Below the pieces are notes generated by a model. It did not search any database. It saw nothing but the letters and a program-made list of their open reading frames with translations, and had not been told where the DNA came from. From the NCBI GenBank assembly GCA_050125095.1, contig JASFEA010000095.1, positions 1-12,090 of the forward strand: a stretch of DNA of 12,090 bases, in the 5' to 3' direction. This document shows, in pieces, positions 7,501-12,090 of the stretch (position 1 is the stretch's first letter; every line of letters starts with the position of its first letter). This stretch comes from a bacterium (lineage in GTDB: Bacteria > Arandabacterota > Arandabacteria > Arandabacterales > JALGWA01). The position numbers were made by a program, and so were the translations under genes.

Positions 7501-9180
7501 CTATTTCATATCGGTGATGATCTTCTCGGCCAGCCTGACGGTCTCCGCGGTGTGCTCAACGACGGCCTTGCGGATCTTCTCGGCCTCCGCGAGCGTCTCG
7601 GTCCTGAACTTCTCGTCGTCTATTCCGGGCAGATTGATGGCGACATTGAGAAAGGCTCCCTCGGCCGCGGTTCGCGCAGTCAGGGCCGCAACCCCCGCGT
7701 CGCTCACGGAGTTCTTATTGCCGATCGTCGCTATCTTCCGGGCTATTTCGGCGGCCTCCATGGTGCGCTTGAGCACGCCTAAGGGAACCAGGGTCGCCTG
7801 CTTATTGGCCTCTTCAATTGCGGCCGCGCGCGCCGCCTTGTCCTCATCCGTCTTCTTGGGAAGGCGCATCGCGGCCATGACGTTATTAAAGGCCTCCGTA
7901 TCCCGGTCCACGTCAGCGAGAAATTCGTCCTTGAGTCTCTGCCCTTCGATTCCGATCTCCTCCGCGCTTTCAAACGCTTCCTCATAGCCCTTCTTGCCAT
8001 GCGTGAGAGCGCCCACCATGGAAGAGAGCGCGCCGCTCAGGGCTCCGCACAGGGCGGCGACGCTGCCGCCGCCGGGCGCCGGGGCGTCCGTGGAGAGGAG
8101 GTTGGTGAAGTCGGTCACTTTCATATCTACAAGGCCGCCGCCGGAGGCGACCATGTACTCGATGATTTTCTTGTCGTTCTCGAACGGATAGAGGTCGGAG
8201 AGGCCCAGTGACAGTACTGCTATATGTATGAGCTCCTCATCGGGAACGCCGGATGTCCTGCCCTGTTTCTTGAGGTAGTATCTCCCGGCCTGAAGCAGCG
8301 CCTCCAGGGGAATGAGGCCGACCAGCTCGCTTCCCGTCACGCGGATTCCCAGGTCTTCGGCGAGCCTGCAGCACTCGTCGAAGATGAGATGGGGCGGGGA
8401 GATCTTGTAGTTGGTCATGTTGATGGAGATCTGCGCCCGTCCGAAGTCTTCCATGTACCAGCCCACGGCCTTGCATTCCTTGAACTTGCCGGGGACGCGG
8501 AGCGCCGTGCCGTTGTCGTCACGCACTATCTTGCGGTTCTTGTCGCGCTTGACCCGGCCCTTTTCCCGGATAGTGAATGCGATGTCCTTGGCCAGCTTGG
8601 TATCCCGCGTGTTGAGGTTGACGTTATATGCGATAAGAAACTCTCTCGCGCCGATGGCAGTCGCGCCGGCGCCTGAATTGAACTTATCGGGCCCGAAGTC
8701 GGGTTTCCACTGGGGCTTGCCCGCCCTGTCGGCCAGGCCCTCGTACTCGCCGGCCCTAACATTGGCGAGGTTCTTCCACTCCGGCCTGGAAGCAGCGTGC
8801 TCATAAAGATAAACCGGGATGCCGAGCTCTTCACCCACACGCTTGCCGAGCTTCCTGGCGAGTTCTGCGCAGTCGTCCATGGTCACTCCGGCTACCGGAA
8901 CGAAGGGGCACACGTCGGTAGCGCCCATGCGGGCGTGCGCGCCCTTGTGCTTGGCCATATCGATTACCTCGGCGGCTTTCTTGATGGCGCGGAAGGCCGC
9001 CTCTATGACCGCCTCCGGTGAGCCGACGAACGTAACGACCGTGCGGTTGGTGTCCTTTCCCGGGTCCACGTCCAGAAGCGTGGCCCCCTCGGTGGCGCTT
9101 ATCTCCGCCGTAATCTGGTCAATCTTGGCCATGTCGCGCCCTTCGCTGAAATTCGGGACGCATTCAACCAGTTTTCTCAT
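7501..9180 (-). CDS. ftcd: Bifunctional glutamate formiminotransferase / formiminotetrahydrofolate cyclodeaminase
   Basis: KLVECVPNFSEGRD, NRTVVTF, HKGAHARMGATDVCPFVP, GAREFLIAYNVNL and GSELVGLIP (FT domain); APAPGGGSVAAL, DRDTEAFN and GNKNSVSDAGVA (cyclodeaminase domain). Confidence 0.96.
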   Translation of the reverse strand: MRKLVECVPNFSEGRDMAKIDQITAEISATEGATLLDVDPGKDTNRTVVTFVGSPEAVIEAAFRAIKKAAEVIDMAKHKGAHARMGATDVCPFVPVAGVTMDDCAELARKLGKRVGEELGIPVYLYEHAASRPEWKNLANVRAGEYEGLADRAGKPQWKPDFGPDKFNSGAGATAIGAREFLIAYNVNLNTRDTKLAKDIAFTIREKGRVKRDKNRKIVRDDNGTALRVPGKFKECKAVGWYMEDFGRAQISINMTNYKISPPHLIFDECCRLAEDLGIRVTGSELVGLIPLEALLQAGRYYLKKQGRTSGVPDEELIHIAVLSLGLSDLYPFENDKKIIEYMVASGGGLVDMKVTDFTNLLSTDAPAPGGGSVAALCGALSGALSSMVGALTHGKKGYEEAFESAEEIGIEGQRLKDEFLADVDRDTEAFNNVMAAMRLPKKTDEDKAARAAAIEEANKQATLVPLGVLKRTMEAAEIARKIATIGNKNSVSDAGVAALTARTAAEGAFLNVAINLPGIDDEKFRTETLAEAEKIRKAVVEHTAETVRLAEKIITDMK

Positions 9181-9234
9181 ATGTATCGCTCCGTGCTTGA
9201 ATGAGGTGGTGCAGTTGATTTATGTGCTCTTTGT

Positions 9235-9263
9235 AGAATATAGCCGGAGGGCGCCGGGGTCAA
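9235..9263 (-). promoter_or_regulatory. Putative sigma70 promoter for ftcd
   Basis: TTGACC (9263-9258)-N17-TATTCT (9240-9235). Confidence 0.55.
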
Positions 9264-9339
9264 GGGCCAAGCGGTTCAAGCGGGCCCGAGACTACGGCTG
9301 TCTCCGGGAAGTGGGGCGCCGGAAGTGAGCATGCCGGCG

Positions 9340-9381
9340 AAAACCGGCGGCGGGCCCCGGCCTTCGGGAACCGGGGCCCGC
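9340..9381 (-). terminator. Probable intrinsic terminator closing the ArsR module
   Basis: Perfect 11-bp GC stem GCGGGCCCCGG (9350-9360)/CCGGGGCCCGC (9371-9381), about 30 nt after the stop at 9413. The TTTT tract is short and offset (9343-9340). Confidence 0.55.
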
Positions 9382-9412
9382 ACCTCCAGGTCTGTGCTGC
9401 CTGGATCTCAAT

Positions 9413-9769
9413 CTAAGGGCGGCAGGCGGGCCCGCTCAGTGACCCGGGGCAGCATCTATCTGCCGGGACACATGACCGCTCCTCGCACTCCCTTTCGCGG
9501 CCGCAAGAGCATTCCGCCGGCCTGGCGTTCCCCGTGGGACAGCGCTCTTCCGGCACGGCCTGAACCCTGCTCTCCGCGCAACATTCCCGGTCGGCATTAT
9601 CGTCCGGCGCGTTCTGCGCCTGCGATAGTGAGCAATGTTGTGCCGCGCAGCACGCCCGGCTGCTGTTTTGTTCATAAACGGCCTGGGCCGATGCGGGCAG
9701 GCCCAGGGCCATGAGCGCCATCGCGATGAGCAACGGCGTTATTACAAGTTTGCGTCGGAATCTTCTCAT
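9413..9769 (-). CDS. Exported Cys-rich small protein (metallothionein-like composition)
   Basis: AGGAGG SD (9780-9775) at 5 nt spacing from the ATG at 9769. Basic n-region MRRFRRK, hydrophobic core and ASAQA cleavage site. About 88-aa mature part with 13 Cys (CC x3, CxC). Followed by a terminator hairpin. Confidence 0.7.
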   Translation of the reverse strand: MRRFRRKLVITPLLIAMALMALGLPASAQAVYEQNSSRACCAAQHCSLSQAQNAPDDNADRECCAESRVQAVPEERCPTGNARPAECSCGRERECEERSCVPADRCCPGSLSGPACRP

Positions 9770-9855
9770 CATTACCTCCTCAATCAGGGGTTCGTATGCA
9801 ACTCATGCGCCGGCGCCGGCGGGAACGCGTCCGCCCCCGCCGAAAGCGCCCCGCG

Positions 9856-10044
9856 CTACTCCTTCTTGAGATCGTCAATGCGTTCGTTTATGCCTGCGAT
9901 CTCCTTCTCGAGCTGCTCCCTGTACTGCTCGAGTCTCTCGGCCTCCTCTTTGGAGGATACGAAGCGCCGGGCCACGTGCCCGGGCCCGCAGCAGCAACAG
10001 CCTGAAGCCCTCGAGGTCCTGGCGACATCGGGCTCGCAACACAT
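9856..10044 (-). CDS. 62-aa Cys-rich coiled-coil protein, homologous to the C-terminal tail of the adjacent ArsR
   Basis: MCCEPDVARTSRASGCCCCGPGHVARRFVSSKEEAERLEQYREQLEKEIAGINERIDDLKKE. GGGGGTG SD before the ATG at 10044, which is preferred over 10104. The coiled coil is reminiscent of DUF5320-type proteins (tentative). Confidence 0.8.
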   Translation of the reverse strand: MCCEPDVARTSRASGCCCCGPGHVARRFVSSKEEAERLEQYREQLEKEIAGINERIDDLKKE

Positions 10045-10113
10045 CTCATTCACCCCCTTTCTCGCGGCATGAGTGGTACCGGTACCTTGAATTCGCCGCC
10101 GCATCCGTTAAGC

Positions 10114-10139
10114 ATTTAAGCAGTAACTTAATAACTATA
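10114..10139. promoter_or_regulatory. Putative ArsR operator 2 (TTAAG-N6-CTTAA)
   Basis: Perfect inverted repeat TTAAG (10116-10120) CAGTAA CTTAA (10127-10131) in an AT-rich island; 18/26 identical to the site upstream of arsR. Confidence 0.6.
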
Positions 10140-10148
10140 TTAAAAAAA

Positions 10149-10580
10149 TTAAGCGCCCTTCTTCCGGGCCAGCTTCTTGATTCTCTCGTTTACGGCTTCG
10201 AGCTCTTTCTCCAGGCGCTTCCTGTATTGCTCCAGATCCTTGAGATTCGGCTCTCTTCGCCTCCTGACAAGCATACTGGGAGGGCGACAGGAGTCGCCGG
10301 GTCCGCAGGCGCAGACCTCGACCAGCCTTGTCTGGCAGCTTCGCATGGCGTCGACATCCACATGATAGGGTATTCTGTAACCATGGCGCTCGCTCCTCAC
10401 CAGACCCGCCTGCTTGAGCACTTTGAGGTGCTGGGACACGGCGGCGGGGGTAACGCCTACGATGATGGCGATCTTCTTGGCCCCCAGAGGTCCCTTTTTC
10501 TTGAGCGCCTCCAGGATCCTGACGCGGGTCCTCGCCGATAGGGCCTTGAACATGTCACAGCAGTCGTCGTTCACCTTCAT
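10149..10580 (-). CDS. ArsR/SmtB-family transcriptional regulator with C-terminal Cys motif and coiled-coil extension
   Basis: MFKALSARTRVRILEAL, HTH VTPAAVSQHLKVLKQAGLV and wing SERHGYRIPY. N-terminal CC, then C-terminal SC..VCACGPGDSC and a heptad tail LEQYRKRLEKELEAVNERIKKL. Confidence 0.93.
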   Translation of the reverse strand: MKVNDDCCDMFKALSARTRVRILEALKKKGPLGAKKIAIIVGVTPAAVSQHLKVLKQAGLVRSERHGYRIPYHVDVDAMRSCQTRLVEVCACGPGDSCRPPSMLVRRRREPNLKDLEQYRKRLEKELEAVNERIKKLARKKGA

Positions 10581-10603
10581 ATTGTCGGCCTTGTCTGATA
10601 TGT

Positions 10604-10647
10604 AGTTAAGTTATTACTAAAATACTATAATTGCCCCCGGATGTCAA
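10604..10647 (-). promoter_or_regulatory. Sigma70 promoter of arsR with overlapping putative operator 1
   Basis: Consensus TTGACA (10647-10642)-N17-TATTTT (10624-10619). TTAAG (10606-10610)-N6-CTAAA (10617-10621) overlaps the -10/+1 region, as expected for autorepression. Confidence 0.65.
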
Positions 10648-10675
10648 GTGAAAAACCGCAGGCCCGGCGAGGGGG

Positions 10676-12090
10676 CTATTTTGCTATGACCAGCTTGCTT
10701 GTCCCGGAAACGCCGCCGGCCTCTATCCTGCAGAAATAGACGCCCGGTGCCACCCGGAAGCCCGCATGGTCGCATGCGTCCCAGTATACCCTATGGTCTC
10801 CGGGCCCGGCCTTTGAGCATGTGAGTTCTTGCACTTCTCTTCCCATAAGATCGAATACGGCGATGCTCACGCGGCAGGGGCGCGGGAGGTGATAGGCGAT
10901 GGTTATGCCCGCGGGCGATGGGTTGGGGATGGCCGCGAGAAAGAGCCCATCATTGTCGGCCCCAGCAGGATTATAGATGCCCGCAGGGTCGGCACCCGTC
11001 TTGAGAAGATATAGATTATCCCCGGCGGGCGGCGGGTATGACATGGCGGAGCCCGCTATTATGAAACCTCCGTCTGCGGTTTGCTGCACTTCATGTCCCC
11101 ATTCGCGCAGGGAGTCTCCATAGGCACCTGTCCATACGGTGTCCCCGTCGGCCCCCGTCCTCAGGAGATAGATGTCCTCCTGTCCGCCGCCGCATGATGT
11201 CGTGTAGCCGCATGCGATATAGCCGCAGTCCGACGGCACCTGCTCGACATCGAATGCGATTTCGTAACCGCTGCCGCCGTACGCCTTGCTCCAGAAGAAG
11301 GCGCCGGTGGAAAACACCTTGCGAAGGTATGCCTGGTTGCCCGAGCCGTCCGCCAGGTAGGCGGTTCCGGCGACTATATAGCCCCCGTCTGCGGTTTGCT
11401 CCACAGAGTAACCGCAGTCGTTCCCGGAGCTCCCGTCCGTTCTCATCCAGAGAGAGTCCCCGTCGGCATCGGTCTTTACTATGAGAATGTCGGAATCCGG
11501 AGTTGAGAACGAGTTCGAAGAGCCGACCAGCACGCAGCCACCGTCGGCCGTCCTGTCGAATCCGAAGCAATAATCGTCTCCCGGTCCGCCGTACGTTCTG
11601 ATCCAGATAGAGTCTCCCGAGGCATCCGTCTTGATAAGGAGGAAGTCGTTGTCATTTGAGTAGGAGTCCGAATAGCCGGCTACGAGATAACCGCCTCGGG
11701 GCCCCTGGCAGACGCCATAGGCGTAGTCTTCGCCGCGGCCGCCATGGGTCCGGGTCCACATGGTGTCGCCGTCACTGTCGGTCTTTACCAGATAGAAGTC
11801 GCTGCCGCCGGCGCCGAAGGACTTTGTATACCCGGCGATGATGAATCCCCCGTCGGAGGTCGGGCGGACCGAATTGGCCAGGTCGTCATCGGCGCCTCCA
11901 TAGGTGCGCGCCCACAGCGTATCGCCGTTCTCATCCGTGCGCACGAGATACATGTCATAGTCGATTCCGCCGAATGATCTCGAGAATCCCGCCGCTATAT
12001 ACCCGCCCCCGACCTCGCGCACCGACCGTCCGTAGTCGGGTTGATCGCCACCCAACGTCCTGTGCCAGAGGCTGTCCGGCGGCTGTGCCG
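10676..12090 (-). CDS. Secreted seven-repeat beta-propeller protein with C-terminal FlgD-Ig / T9SS-type-A-like sorting domain, 5'-truncated
   Basis: The frame is open to the right edge (AQPPDSLWHRTLGG...), so the TTG at 12055 is not the start. Seven repeats of about 52 aa, W.rtyGG...D....v..t.DGGyivaG...S......D.yLvkTd..Gd. C-terminal PNP...I.Y.LP...V.I.VFDLMGREV..L...WD...G..V.PGVYFCRI...KLVIAK. Confidence 0.88.
   Translation of the reverse strand, partial: AQPPDSLWHRTLGGDQPDYGRSVREVGGGYIAAGFSRSFGGIDYDMYLVRTDENGDTLWARTYGGADDDLANSVRPTSDGGFIIAGYTKSFGAGGSDFYLVKTDSDGDTMWTRTHGGRGEDYAYGVCQGPRGGYLVAGYSDSYSNDNDFLLIKTDASGDSIWIRTYGGPGDDYCFGFDRTADGGCVLVGSSNSFSTPDSDILIVKTDADGDSLWMRTDGSSGNDCGYSVEQTADGGYIVAGTAYLADGSGNQAYLRKVFSTGAFFWSKAYGGSGYEIAFDVEQVPSDCGYIACGYTTSCGGGQEDIYLLRTGADGDTVWTGAYGDSLREWGHEVQQTADGGFIIAGSAMSYPPPAGDNLYLLKTGADPAGIYNPAGADNDGLFLAAIPNPSPAGITIAYHLPRPCRVSIAVFDLMGREVQELTCSKAGPGDHRVYWDACDHAGFRVAPGVYFCRIEAGGVSGTSKLVIAK

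Noticed and set aside
7403-9328. Several plus-strand ORFs across ftcd
   Set aside because: Antisense shadows of a highly conserved gene.
9413-10044. Cys-rich peptides as RiPP (ranthipeptide/lanthipeptide) precursors or Sec/Pyl-recoded proteins
   Set aside because: No radical SAM, LanM/LanC or transporter gene is adjacent. There is no in-frame TGA in the Cys clusters, and both ORFs end at plausible positions (TAG).
9325-10072. Plus-strand ORFs 9325..9714, 9635..10072 and 9796..10005
   Set aside because: They are Pro/Arg-rich or antisense-like and one runs through the terminator hairpin. The minus-strand genes have the SD, signal peptide and homology support.
10075-10086. Perfect 12-bp palindrome GGTACCGGTACC in the leader of the 62-aa gene
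   Set aside because: It is a single occurrence, unrelated to the operator motif, and cannot be distinguished from chance.
10980-12080. Roughly 156-bp periodicity as a possible CRISPR or DNA tandem array
   Set aside because: The repeats are degenerate at DNA level and conserved at protein level (propeller blades). There are no identical repeats with unique spacers.

Overview
GC-rich bacterial chromosomal window with no recognisable mobile element, RNA gene or CRISPR array. Left to right: a signal-peptide-bearing M16C (PreP-like) zinc peptidase on the minus strand that runs off the left edge and is absent from the ORF track; DUF72, corA and a minimal kinase-like gene on the plus strand; mscS, an NTF2/SnoaL-like gene and a hypothetical gene on the minus strand; a CMD/AhpD-family gene; a fused glutamate formiminotransferase-cyclodeaminase; a three-gene Cys-rich ArsR module; and a 5'-truncated seven-repeat beta-propeller protein with a FlgD-Ig/T9SS-like C-terminal domain, which suggests an FCB-affiliated lineage. 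The most notable element is the module at about 9340-10650. The ArsR regulator carries an extra C-terminal CxCGPG plus coiled-coil tail. The next gene is a stand-alone 62-aa homologue of that tail with its own copy of the TTAAG-N6-CTTAA palindrome. The last gene encodes an exported, 13-Cys metallothionein-like protein. All product calls come from motifs recognised by eye, not from database searches.
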